A program made the position numbers and the translations under genes. Positions 1-12,389 of a stretch of 64,000 nt of DNA are shown one piece after another. The DNA comes from Pecten maximus (taxonomy: Eukaryota). The stretch spans positions 3,906,001 through 3,970,000 of the forward strand of contig NC_047026.1 of the NCBI RefSeq assembly GCF_902652985.1. The letters run 5' to 3'. Below the pieces are notes generated by a model. That model did no database searches and had not been told where the DNA came from. It saw nothing but the letters and a program-made list of their open reading frames with translations. How positions within the stretch are numbered: position 1 is the stretch's first letter; every line of letters starts with the position of its first letter.

Positions 1-1270
1 AATCGGTAAAGGGGTTGGTGGTATAACTACAATATATGTGAGCCCATTGGTGTAGGGATTGATGATATATCTATATGAGCCAATGGGTAACAAGGTTGGT
101 GGTAAATATGCATGTATTTGTGGAGTTTGTCAAAAGGTAATTGCAATACTTTGCCATTTGAATTGTGTATATCCTATCAAATTGTGTAACTTTGAATGAC
201 ATCTTGTATAAAGGAAACTCTATCTTATCAGTAGTCAGCTCAGTTGTCCTTGAACGGTTGCAGTATTGTTTTACATGTTATGGTGGTTTGGGGTTCAGAT
301 AGACAATGTAATTATAACCTTAATGTTAATTTGACACAAAGAAATATCACGTGACCAATTTAGCAATAACTATTGGTTGTTTAAGGATTGTACGTCACTT
401 GAAAGCCAACCATGTCTCCATGACACAAGTGAATACAACACAAACACTAGGACTTGCTGGATGAGGTACCTATGCCTCTCTGCGTATAAAGAGATCACCG
501 TTGGACCTATGTCTTGAATAGAATTGTTGACAAAATGTAACTGTGTGCGCGTATTGACATTTTGGAGTTCTTCTGCCTTAAAGGGTCAGCAACTATACTT
601 GTTTAAAAACCATTCATCCGCTAAGTCAACATGTTCTAGGTAGGTATTACAAAATTTAGCAGTTTTGTGGTTCGTAACTTGAATATTGATAACATAATGC
701 ACCGTCCGGACAACTCATCCTAAATCTGTGAACTGATTTCATTGAAACAATTAATATGTGAGCCCACTGGTAAAGGGGTTGGGGGTAAAGGGGTTGGTTG
801 TATATCTGTGTGAGTCTATTGGCAAGGGATTGGTGGTATATATTTGTGTGAGCCTATTGGTAAAGGGTTGGTGGTATATCTATGTGAACCCATTGTTAAA
901 GGGGTTTGTATCTTTAGTATATCTTTGTGAGCTAATCGGTAACGAGGTTTGTGGTATAACTGTGTGAGCCCATTGGTGAAGGAGCTGGTTGTATCTGTGT
1001 ATGAGACTATTGGTAAACGGGTTGGTTGTATATCTATTTGAGCCCATTGGTGAAGGTTTTGGTTGTATCTCTGTGAGCCCATTGGTAAAGGGGTTGGTTG
1101 TATATCTATGTGAGCCCATTGGTAAAGGAGTTGGTTGTTTATCTATGTGAGCCTATTAGTTAAGGGGTTGGTTGTACATTTATGTGAACCCATTGGTGAA
1201 GGATTTTGTGGTACATCTGTGTGAGCCCGTTCGTAAAGGGGTTGGTTGTATATCTTTGTAAACCAATTGG
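1..1270. repeat. ~37-bp minisatellite (GAGCCCATTGGTAAAGGGGTTGGTTGTATATCTATGT), copies at 1-110 and 755-1270, split by ~640 bp of unrelated sequence
   Basis: GAGCC starts at 1040, 1075, 1112, 1149; ORFs at 758-1400 are translations of this repeat. Confidence 0.85.
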
Positions 1271-1274
1271 TAGC

Positions 1275-1710
1275 CCATTCCCCTCTGTTATCTCCTCCCT
1301 CGCCATACCTCTACCCATCTGTTATTCCTTCTTCTATAGTCACCCATTTGTCACCCCTCTTTCCATAGTTTTTACCCCTCTGTCACCCCTCTTTCAATAA
1401 GCCTATCCCTCTGTCACCCCTCTTTCCAATATTTCTTACCCCTCTGTCACCCCTCTTTCCATAGCCCTTATCCCTCTGTCACCCCTTTTCCCATAGTTTT
1501 TACCCCTTTATCACCCCTTTTCCCATAAGCCTCACCCCTCTTTCCATACGCCTTACCCCTCTGTCACCCCCCTTTCCGTAAGCCTTACCCCTCTTATACC
1601 CCTCTTTCCATAGTCCCTACCCCTCTGTCACCATCCCTTCCATATAACATACCTATGTCATGCTCTTCCCCTCCATAGTCCCTATCCCTCTGTCCCTTTC
1701 CCACTCCATG
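1275..1710. repeat. Pyrimidine-rich ~30-bp minisatellite (CCCTCTGTCACCCCTCTTTCCATAG...)
   Basis: Repeated CCCTCTGTCACCCC units; degenerate copy at ~2340-2510 and inverted copy at ~2565-2640. Confidence 0.8.
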
Positions 1711-4344
1711 TGGTGGGCAATCAGGAGATGTCATCAAAAGAAACATTTACATGTTTTATCAATTTGAATATCCTGCCATCCAATCGGGAAACTCCTATTA
1801 CTAGTTACCTGTCAGTCGAGCTAATGTGATTGTAGTATTGTGGAACATGTTATGGTAGTTTAGGTTCTAAATTACAGATACATAATAATCATACCTTATA
1901 TAATCCTCAGTGTATGTTTAAGTGACGTATTCAGAAGGATGTGTCCAGTGATTAATTAACAAATCAGTATATTCAGGAATGTAATAGAACACCTTTGATC
2001 TAGATTGTATTGAGATAGCCATTGGACTTATTCCAAAAATTGAATGCCTGCTGTGTATCGTGACGTCAGAGTTCTAAAAATAGTATTTGATTCATCTGAA
2101 CTACCTGTGCATGTCGTCAGTTTGGAGATCTGCCTGATAGAATATATAACTAGACCTCAAATACCTGTGTTAAAAGATAATGTCTTCAAGGTCACCACAT
2201 AATACTTTAGTACACTGACTAGTATGAAGAAAATATAGTGGTGACAGAAATATCTAAAACAATAGAGGAACATGAGTAGTATTAATGATATAAAGGCATC
2301 ATCACTTCATGCCCCCCCCCCCTGGAAAATAACTGTTTCCCATAGTCACCCATCCCCCCTCCATAGCCCCTACTCCTCTCCCAACCTCTCCCCTCCGTAG
2401 TCCTTCGCTACTCATCCCTTAAACCCTGCCCTTCCATAGTCCATGTCACCGTCTCAACCCTCGCCCCTAGTTATTCCTATCTCAACCTCTCCATCCATAG
2501 TTCTTTTCCTTCCCTGGTCGATTCATCAACTTTTGTCTAAATCCTTAAGAACATAACATAGGTAGGTTATATGGAAGGAATGGTGACAGAGGGGTAAGGA
2601 CTATTGAAAGAGGGTTGACAGAGGGTAAGGCTTATAGAAAAGGACATAATCGTTGTTTACTAAATTTGATCAGAAGCATTCTTGGGGGGAAGGAGAACAG
2701 ATAATATATAATTAATGAATCTAGAAACCCTGGCACTGTAGGAGCAGGGCCCATTAAGGCTACTATATGTAAATTCTTTAAGAGGATTTTAAATGAATTT
2801 TCGGAAGTATACTCAGGGGAAGGGAAACCAATTGATGATCAATGGTGAAGTTGGCCTTTCTGTGGGCGGAGTTACAGGACATGCAATAGGAAAACGATGG
2901 TAAACCCTTTGAATTTCTATTCGTCCTAAAGGACTGAATGGAATTTTATGAAATTTGGTCTTGATTATTGTTGGGTAAAGGAGATTCCGGGTTGTATAAA
3001 TGAGGATTATGGATTCCCCTGGGCAGGAAAAGTGGTGTCCAATAGGTAAAGATAGCAAATTCTTTAAAATGTTTTTTTTTTTTTTTTTTTCACAGGATTT
3101 GATCTACATTTGATTTCTAGATTCTTCTTTGGATTCAGAAAGCTTAATATGTCAGTTTTAGGAAAGTGTAGACTACAGAATAACTAAATTAACCTCAGTT
3201 TTGTCCTTGATCAGGCCAATCTACTATATTCTTTCCACATGTTCAACCAGATAGGAATGAAACTTTTGAGAATTTAGAAATGCCGCATTTTAACATTAAG
3301 TAGATACCTTAGTGGAGAACACTTCTTTCCAGAAGTAGACTTAAACCACAAAATGGTACCAGCACATTAATGAATTTCTGTAGAAAGGGGAAAATATACT
3401 TTATTTTTCCAAACTTGTCATCACTTTGCAGTCATATTGATCAATGCCACCTTCTTAGTTCTTTATTTTCAATAGAGCTGCACCTACAAGCAACTACATA
3501 AAAAGAGGATGGCCGAAAAACCTAGTGAGGGTATTATTTATACAAGAGCTGTACCTTCAAGTAATTCTAGTGTGAGTATTATTTACATTTTGGGTACCTC
3601 TGTATTGAAATGGAATATATATGGCTAAACTAATACGAACTTCCTTTTCGACTGCAACACTGGACATCAAATTATTTTTGAGAGATCTCCTTGACTGACA
3701 GTCAAATATCAATCATTCTATTTGTCATTTTCTACAGATGTCCTCAGCTGAACGTCAAATACTAAACCCTCTGTTGGTCTTTTCTATAGGCATCCTCGGC
3801 TGACATTCCTATACTAAACACTTTTACATTTTACAGACGTCCCCAGCTGATAATCATCAGTATAAAATCAGAAATCTATATTCTGATATGGTATTACGTC
3901 TCCGGGAAATGATCAACCCAAATAAGAAATCGGCCTGGGACACACTTTTGACAGCACTAGACCCATTGTTACCTCATGAACTCCATGGTGATGACATAAC
4001 ATATATTGGACAAATACTTGAGAAGTTGAGGGCAAAAGGAAAGATTGATCTTATGAGAGGTTCCTTTGAGAAACTCCATGATGCACTCAAAAAAGTTGAT
4101 GTTGATGCAGCCAAGGTTGTTCAGGATACTATTGTCTTAAGGTTTGTCCTATTATATTTACTTGTTCTTAAATATAATTTTGTTTTAAATGTTAAATCAT
4201 AAATAATCACACAAACTTGGTAATGGTAAACCATTGATTAACGGCTTGTAAGGCAGGTCCTATAAAATGTTATAGTATGCTTCAATTTCAGCAGGAGAAT
4301 GATTAAGTAATGATTGATGTGTCCTTTTAATATTACAATAGAAC

Positions 4345-4715
4345 TGATCAGTGTCTGGTTGTAACAGCTTGGTACCCAATGGCATCACAGCTGATTTATG
4401 TCTGGTTGTAACAGCTTAGTACCCAATGGTACCACAGCTGATTGTGGTCTGGTTGTAACAGTTTAGTACCCGATGGTACCACAGCTGATCGATGTCTGGT
4501 TGTAACAGCTTGGTACCCAATGGCATCACAGCTGATTTATGTCTGGTTCACACAGTTTAGTACCCAATGGTATCACAGCTTATTGAGGTCTGGATGTAAC
4601 ACTTTGGTACCTAATGGTATCACAGCTGATTGATATCTGGTTGTAACAGCTTTGGTACCCAATGGTACCACAGCTGATTGAGGTCTGGTTCTATCAATGT
4701 GGTACCTGATTGATG
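4345..4715. repeat. 47-bp minisatellite (GTCTGGTTGTAACAGCTTGGTACCCAATGGCATCACAGCTGAT..), ~7.5 copies
   Basis: GTCTGG starts at 4353, 4400, 4447, 4494. Confidence 0.9.
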
Positions 4716-4954
4716 TCTGTTTAAGATTATAGCATACCATTCATCTACTTACAGGAGATCCAGCAGCAAAAAGACATAGGAGTGGAGATGGAGTCCAGAT
4801 TAAAGGTTAGTAGTGAGCAGGATATAGCCTGACGTTTACCTGTATTGTTAACTTTAAGTCAGAAAGGAATATTCTGTGAATTAGAAACAAAATGAATTAA
4901 TGTAAGATTGTGTGTAGATGCTCCATACCAAAAATTGAAAGTAGGGTCAAAATA

Positions 4955-5325
4955 GAGACTTGTGTCAGATTGTGTATAAGACATCTATATAGATATACAC
5001 AAGACAGTGAAACCTGTAGTGAGGCTGTATATAAGACATCTATATAGATATTCACAAGACAGTGAGACCTGTGTGAGGCTGTATATAAGACATCTATATA
5101 GATATACACAAGACAGTGAGACCTGTGTGAGGCTGTATATAAGACACCTTTATAGTTATACACAAGACAGTGAGACCTGTGTGAGGCTGTATATAAGACA
5201 TCTATATAGATATACACGAGACAGGGAGACCTGTGTCAGATTGTATATAAGACATCTATATAGATATATACACGAGACAGGGAGACCTGTGTCAGATTGT
5301 GTATAAGACATCTATATAGATATCC
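4955..5325 (+). repeat. 54-bp minisatellite A (GAGACCTGTGTGAGGCTGTATATAAGACATCTATATAGATATACACAAGACAGT), ~7 copies
   Basis: Direct tandem units; 18-aa periodic ORF 5007-5306. Confidence 0.9.
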
Positions 5326-6432
5326 ATTAAGTGATGGATCAGATAACATCAGACAGCCACAATGACTAAGTGATGGATCAGATAACAACAACCGGCCATA
5401 ATGACTAAGTGATGGATCAGATCACATCAGACAGCCACCATGACTAAGTGATGGATCAGATAACATCAGACAGCCACAATGACTAAGCGATGTATCAGAT
5501 AACATCAACCGGCCACAATGACTAAGTGACGGATCACATCAGCCAGCCTCAATGACTAAGTGACGGATCAGATAACATCCGCCAGCCACAATGACTAAGT
5601 GACGGATCAGATCACATCAGCCAGCCTCAATGACCACGTGACGGATCAGATAACATCAGCCAGCCACAATGACTAAGTGATGGATCAGATAACATCAGTC
5701 AGTCACAATAACTACGTGACGGATCAGATCACATCAGCCAGCCTCAATGACCACGTGACGGATCAGATAACATCAGTCAGCCACAATGACTACGTGACGT
5801 ATCAGATAACACCAGCCGGCCACAATGACCACGTGACGGATCAGATAACATCAGTCAGCCACAATGACCACGTGACGGATCAGATAACATCAGACACCCA
5901 CAATGACTAAGTGATGCATTAGATAACATCAACCGGCCACAATGACTAAGTGACTGATCACATCAGTCAGCCACAATGACCACGTGACGGATCAGATCAC
6001 ATCATTCAGCCACAATGACCACGTGACGGATCAGATAACATCAGCCAGCCACACTGACTACGTCACGGATCAGATACCATCAGTCGGCCACAATGACTAC
6101 GTCACGGATCAGATAACATGAACTAGCCACACTGACTACGTGACGGGTCAGATAATATCAGCCAGCCACTATGACTACGTGATGGATCAGATAACATAAG
6201 CCAGCCACAATGAATACGTGACGGATCAGATAACATCAGACAGCCACAATGAGTACCTGACGGATCATTTAACATTAGTCAGCCACAATGACTACGTAAT
6301 GTATCAGATAACATCAGCCAGCCTCAATGACTATATGACGGATCAGATAACATCAGCCAGCCTCAATGACTATATGACGGATCAGATAACATCAGTCAGC
6401 CACACTGACTACGTGACGTATCAGATAACATA
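5326..6432 (+). repeat. 39-bp minisatellite B (GTGACGGATCAGATAACATCAGCCAGCCACAATGACTAA/C), ~28 copies
   Basis: Direct tandem units; 13-aa periodic ORFs interrupted by TAA-containing units. Confidence 0.92.
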
Positions 6433-6679
6433 TGGCCTTGACCGTAGGAGGATGGTTACATGAACTGTTATTGTTTGATACAAAATTGATATTTTGCGTG
6501 CTCTTTAACACACAAACATTAATATTTCAACTTTCACAAGCTGCTGTTTCTGATGACTTCTTGTCGACCTTGTCCTGCAAACTCACCTATCATAGCTTTA
6601 AACTTAGGATCCAATTTTGTAAAATAAAAGGATATAATCAACTAAACAATAATTTATGTAATATGACATTGTCTTACTT

Positions 6680-7212
6680 GCTGTCTTGTGTGTATCTATA
6701 TAGATGTCTTATACACAGCCTGACACAGGTCTCCCTGTCTTGTGTATATATCTATATAGATGTCTTATATACAATCTGACACAGGTCTCCCTGTCTCGTG
6801 TATATCTATATAGATGTCTTATATACAGCCTGACACAGGTCTCTTAGTCATTGTGGCCGGTTGATGTTATCTGATCCATCACTTAGTCATTGTGGCTGAC
6901 TGATGTGATCAGTCACTTAGTCATTGTGGCCGGTTGATGTTATCTGATCCATCACTTAGTCATTGTGGCTGTCTGATGTTTTCTTATACATCACTTAGTC
7001 ATTGTGGCTGTCTGATTTGATCTGATCCGTCACTTAGTCATTGTGACTGGCTGATGTTATCTGATACGTCATGTAGTCATTGTGGCTGGCCAATGTTATC
7101 TGATCTGGCACTTAGTCATTGTGGCTGGCTGATGTTATCTGATCCGTCACGTAGTCATTGTGGCTGACTGATGTTATAAGATCCATCACGTATTCATTGT
7201 GGCCGGCTGATA
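6680..7212 (-). repeat. Inverted copies of minisatellite A (6680-6842) and B (6843-7212)
   Basis: Reverse complements of the 54-bp and 39-bp units, e.g. CTTAGTCATTGTGGCTG.CTGATGTTATCTGATCC. Confidence 0.9.
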
Positions 7213-7904
7213 GAAACAGATTGTAGTATTTTCTTGGTGCAGCATCTGTCGCCTCTCAACTTTTTACGTTACCCAAAGACACGCGCAGCCATCTTTGATT
7301 CTATGATTTAGAAAATTTGTAGTTTATCACCATTTCTTGAGAAGTAATGTTAGCTATTTTGCAACTTATATGAAGGTTCCCATTGACCCTAGTTGTGTCC
7401 CGTTTAATATTGAGACTGATTGGTACCGTATTTAGAAATAAGAAAGGAAGGAAAAAGTAAAATAAAAATATCAGTCTTACACAGAACCAACAAGATCATT
7501 ATTTTGTTGGCGCCAAAAATCATATTGAGTGATTAAATGATTTATTCGTTGTCATGGATTGAACATCACAATATTTCAGATTCGATTCATTAGAATTGGG
7601 GAAATCCTAATAAGGAAGGACCAGTTTAATTCACTATCATTTGCTAATTTTAATTGTTTTCAAAAACGTAGTTAAATCAGAATATTTAGTCTGAATTTTG
7701 ACGGATCATGAAGGTCAAGGGTTTGAAATAGTGAGAAGCATTGATTGGCTAATAGGCGAGCGATGTAGGTTCTTTGGGCCATTTTGTAATAGTTTGTATT
7801 TAAACGTACATGCATTTCTTCAGAGAAACATTTAATGTATTAATAGTAATATGTGACAAGTTATACAGATATTTATATATACAAAAAATATATATATATT
7901 TATA

Positions 7905-8005
7905 TGTAAACACAAATGACAACAAGGCAATTCCGGTTGAATATCGCTAACGTTTTCAAGCAATATTCAACCGGAATTGCCTTGTTGTGTCATTTATATT
8001 TACAT
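7905..8005. repeat. Palindromic hairpin / MITE relic
   Basis: AACAAGGCAATTCCGGTTGAATAT ... ATATTCAACCGGAATTGCCTTGTT perfect 24-bp arms with imperfect extensions. Confidence 0.7.
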
Positions 8006-10388
8006 ATTTAAACGATACACGATTTCATCATCAAGTTGAACTATATATTTATATATATATATATTTTGTAGTTGTTTAGTTTTTGCACTTCGGGGTTTTC
8101 TATCATTTTTAAAGTAAAAATATCTTTTCTGGTGCACCCGGGGTACTGGCTATTTCATGCTGATGTTAATTCTTATAAGTATAATCTTATTTCATTGCAG
8201 ATACAACAAAGTCTGCAATACAAACAGAAAAAGAAAGCTACCAGTTTGTTTCTACCAAAAGTCTCAAAGATGCCCATCAACAACTTCTGGAGAATAAGAT
8301 CGTTATATTTCAGGGAAACACAGGGGACGGAAAATCGTCTATTGCACTTGAACTTCTACGTTTGCTGTGCCATGATGAGAAGGAGGGGCAACAGAAACGA
8401 TGTAGACAACCACTACAACTACACGATCTAACAGACTTAGATTCGGTTTCACCAAGATCACAATTAGTTATTTTGTTAGATGATATATTTGGAAAGAATG
8501 TTGTGTGTCGGGAAGATGTGAAAGAATGGGAAGAAACGAGAAAAAGGAATTATTGCAAAACTTCGTAGAAATGAGACTGAGGCCAATTATCTTGTCATTA
8601 CAATTCGCAGTGGAATTTTGAATTCTTTGAATTGCTTGGAAAAATCATTTATCAAACAAAACATTGTTGACCTCCGCCAGTACAAAGATGAAAATGAAAA
8701 ACTTACATTGTTAAGGGTGTATGAACCAGAAGGTGAATTTGTTAAATGGACAGATGATGAGGAGAAACAGATTATTTCCTCGGCACCTGACATTGGGTTT
8801 CCGCAGTGTTGTAGGTTATTTAGGGACACACCTAGTTTACAAACAGAAAGAATCAAATTCTTTAAAAGACCTTTACATCATTTTAAATTGTCTTTGTCTG
8901 ATTTAGAAGACGGGAAAATTTATGGTCTGATGTATCTATTCCTCAATGGTGGCTCAGTTATGGAACATGATTTAGACCCTTCCATTGACAAAATTGAGGA
9001 AAATGAGAAAATGAAAGCAGCATTTGCTTTTGATGTAGTCAAAGTTAACCCAACACGTGAGTTAAAATACTAAAAAGAGAAGAACGCTGAATTTGTAAAA
9101 GAGTCGTTAGAATGCCTTTTGGGGTGGATGATGAAAAAAAGAGTCTACACAAAAACAGGGGAAAAAATGTCCCTCTTACAAATTCAGCCACGACTCCATT
9201 GAGGAAACTGTGGCACTTCACTATGGAGAGAAAAAAAAACCATTGGCTACATACAGAATTGTCCCAAAATGTTCCTCAGTTATTTAGCTACATCAAAAAA
9301 CACCCCAAACAGGATAATTATATCATCTGATGATCAAACCAATGCCATGTACAAACGTACAGTGAGAGAGTTTGAATCTGTTCATCTAAAAAGTTACTTG
9401 CAATTTAGTGAGTGTGAATATTTAGCTACATTAGACGTATGGACAGATACCCTGTTTCTACAGGGATTAATCAGATGGCTAAGTGATCAGATTGATGATC
9501 AAAACTTATGCCACCAGATACAATGTGCATTGTTAAATGGAGCATGCTTAACTGGTTCAGAAGATAGTGTCTGGTGTCTCCTTGCTGTGGGTGCCACACC
9601 TGACGAGGAGACACCGTTTTGTGTTGTGAACGATGGGAATGTACAATTATTGAGTAAACTACTCAAAGATTTTGTCATTCCTACAGAGAGGGCACACATG
9701 TCAGGATCATCAAGTTATACTAGAAATAACAATGTTCTACACGAGGCGTGTTTGCTTGAGAGAGAAGAGATGGTGACAATGTTATGTGACACTTATCCAA
9801 ACTTGGTACACGATACTGATCACGATGAACTAAGCACGCTTCATGTTGTGGCAAAGACCGGAAACTGTAGTATATTTCAGACAGTGGACAGCATAAGTGT
9901 GAGTCAGAAGATGGTCGTGTGGTACATAGGAGTTGTGTGTGTGGGCAATACATGTCACAGTTAGTGGACAAATGCAACGGGATGACAGTGTTACACTGGA
10001 GTTGTATGTTTGGACACAGGCAGCTTAGTTTAGAGCTGTGTAAATGTTATCCAGCACTAACCACAGCTGTAGATAGCCTAGCGTATAATTGTCTACATTA
10101 TATAGCCAGGCGGACGACAGATGTAGACATGTTCACTAAGTGTGAACTTCACGTAAAACAGTACATAGAGTTAACAGGAGGTACGTATGACATCACGACC
10201 ATACTTACTAATAACGGGAATCTGTTTTAGACTTGGCAAAGGAACAGATGGAGTTAAGTAGCAACCCTTTGCATGATCATCTTGTCAAAGTGTTTAGTAA
10301 ATAAAATTACTCAATATTATTAACACTTAAGCACGCTTGTTAACTGTTATTCATAGCAATGATTAATGGGACACACCCCTTTAAGAAA

Positions 10389-11793
10389 TGTAATATGTAT
10401 ATGTGTAGTTTACTTAAGGGAAATAACTCTTAGAAGGATCTTGATCTATTTGGAACTTTCTGGGAGATATATAATGCTTTGTTTACAAAGTGTTTATTGA
10501 CAAGTGGTTGTTGACAAAAAGTGTGTTCCGGAATTCCAGAAAAGAGATGGTTGGAGAATTACTTGAAAGATTTGGAAATATGGTATAAATACCATGAGAG
10601 ACAAATTGTTATTCAGAACTGATTTACAATTACCAAGGAGAGCTATATGAATTATGTTGGATTATTAATTGCCTGGAATTGTGAACTATTGGATTTTTAA
10701 ACCGTCTTAATTCTGGAGAAACAGATAGGAAAGGATCTCTCAAGGACAGCTGTTATAAGAAAATCTAGTATTGTTCTATATTCGTGTAGTATTTTTCTAT
10801 CATTCTATACAATTATTGTTGTATGTATTTTAATAGCGCATCTGTCTGTTGACCGTTGGTAATTAGATGGGGGACACGCCGGGCCGTTAATCCGTGAAGT
10901 AATTAATTCTTCAGCACTGATCGTCCGCCTGGCTCTCCTTCAGTTTTATTGCCCACTGTTAGAGAGGTATGCATCGCCTTTCAATCCCATTATCTACTGC
11001 AGATAGGTACACTGATCTGGGGCTCCTGTCATGTCTATATCTATATTACACAAGGTAAACATTTACTTAATTGTCGCTAAATGTTTTTCCAAATGTTATG
11101 TGTATTATTATTGTGACGTTTAGGTAAAAGGAGCCGGCTTCTCCTTCACAGGAGCGGGGTGCTCCTTTTGCTTCTTCTGCTCCTTCAAGCGCTCCTGCAG
11201 GTTTCTGTATAAAAGGGGTGATAGTGATAGCGGAGTGAGAGTTCGAGTTTTACTTGCCTAGGTGTTACTTTGTTGGATATCACTGGTATTCCATATGCGA
11301 GAGCGGTGTTGTGAATTACTCTGTGAACTGTAACGATGTACTTTGTATGCTAATGTTGCTGAATACAGATAGCCTGGAACTGTACTACGGTGTTGAATCA
11401 CAGGTGCCCGACTCGTTTTATAATATAATAACATATAAGAGTACTTACAATTTAAAATTTATATGTACTCTTATATGTTATTATTTTATAACACGAGTCA
11501 GGCACCTGTGATTGAATTGTGTTTTCTCGACGGCCCACTCTACTTTTTCTCTAAACTCGGGTATTGTAGGGGGTGTCTGACGCTACCACGAAGACACCTA
11601 CCGAGGGCTACGGGATTCAACAGTTCTGCAGTTTTCGCTACAATAAGTAATTAACACTGTTGATTTGATACACCATCTTGTACAGAACTCAATTGTAATT
11701 GTGAATTATCTTTTTAACTTACTTAGTTTTGCATATATTATTAAATTTTGTTTTGAACTTAGATGCTGGTCTTCATCTTTCTGCTATTATCAC
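10389..11793 (+). mobile_element. Possible solo LTR of an LTR retrotransposon
   Basis: Begins TGTAAT, internal TATA-like CTGTATAAAAGGGG (~11206), AT-rich polyA-like tail ending ..TTATCA; no TSD found. Confidence 0.3.
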
Positions 11794-12389
11794 GTAAAAG
11801 ATATGAAGACCAATATAAAAAGGAAATCTGTTTAAGAAACGGACAGAACAATAAGGGAATTTTTGCAGGATCATCTTGTTAAGTTTATTTGTAAATAAAT
11901 GTACTTGGAAATATTCACTCTTAGTTTTTTTATCTTCTGTACATCAACTTTTATCAAATACCTATGTAATCATGCAATAATTATTCAACAAATCTCGGTG
12001 TTTGTTTTGTGTTGGTTTGAATCACACATAAATATACAAGATGTTGTATCATCATACTAGCCGGAGCTACTTTTAAGGAGAATTCCCTTTCCCATATCTT
12101 ACAACTTTAATTTAAAAAATATGAAAATACTTTTAAAAAATAAATGAATTTAGATACAAATAAAAACACAACTGCTTGAATATTTTAAATGTATCTTTAT
12201 TTCATTGAAACAAATATTTTCCTCCGACATTTCTGTCGTCTGCTAACAGAGTCTGTCTGACACCACATATTGTATTATCAAACATAGAACTTTCGGACCT
12301 TAACTTTGAAATTCTTCATGATCTGATTGTTTGATGAAGAGGATCATGATCTGATATTTGATGAAGTGGATAACGAGGAAGCAGGGTTT

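Larger units (their letters stand above)
3509..10304 (+). pseudogene. Disrupted NLR-like gene: death-fold (DED-like) N-terminus + STAND NTPase (nSTAND3-like) + ankyrin repeats; putative exons 3509-3571, 3837-4141, 4755-4805, 8201-10304
   Basis: Exon from 8201 reads FVSTKSLKDAHQQLLENKIVIFQGNTGDGKSSIALELL (Walker A) and VILLDDIFG (Walker B), later YKFSHDSIEETVALHYG (winged-helix FxH motif), then ankyrin-like NVLHEAC, STLHVVA, TVLHWSC, NCLHYIA. Frameshifts near 8535, 9170, 9235, 9900 and 10218; in-frame TAA at 9071-9073. The DED-like call for 3837-4141 is by resemblance only. Confidence 0.75.

Noticed and set aside
112-755. Decayed coding fragment (hints like LNDILYKG, YLFKNHS resembling Helitron-borne peptidase) inserted in the minisatellite
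   Set aside because: Many stops and frameshifts, and the similarity is too weak to support without a tBLASTn/HMM search
5007-6463. Repetitive-protein ORFs (18-aa and 13-aa periodic)
   Set aside because: Translations of intronic minisatellites; many units contain TAA and no splice sites bound them
9071-9073. Stop-codon readthrough or selenocysteine in the NTPase gene
   Set aside because: The codon is TAA, not TGA, and is surrounded by several frameshifts
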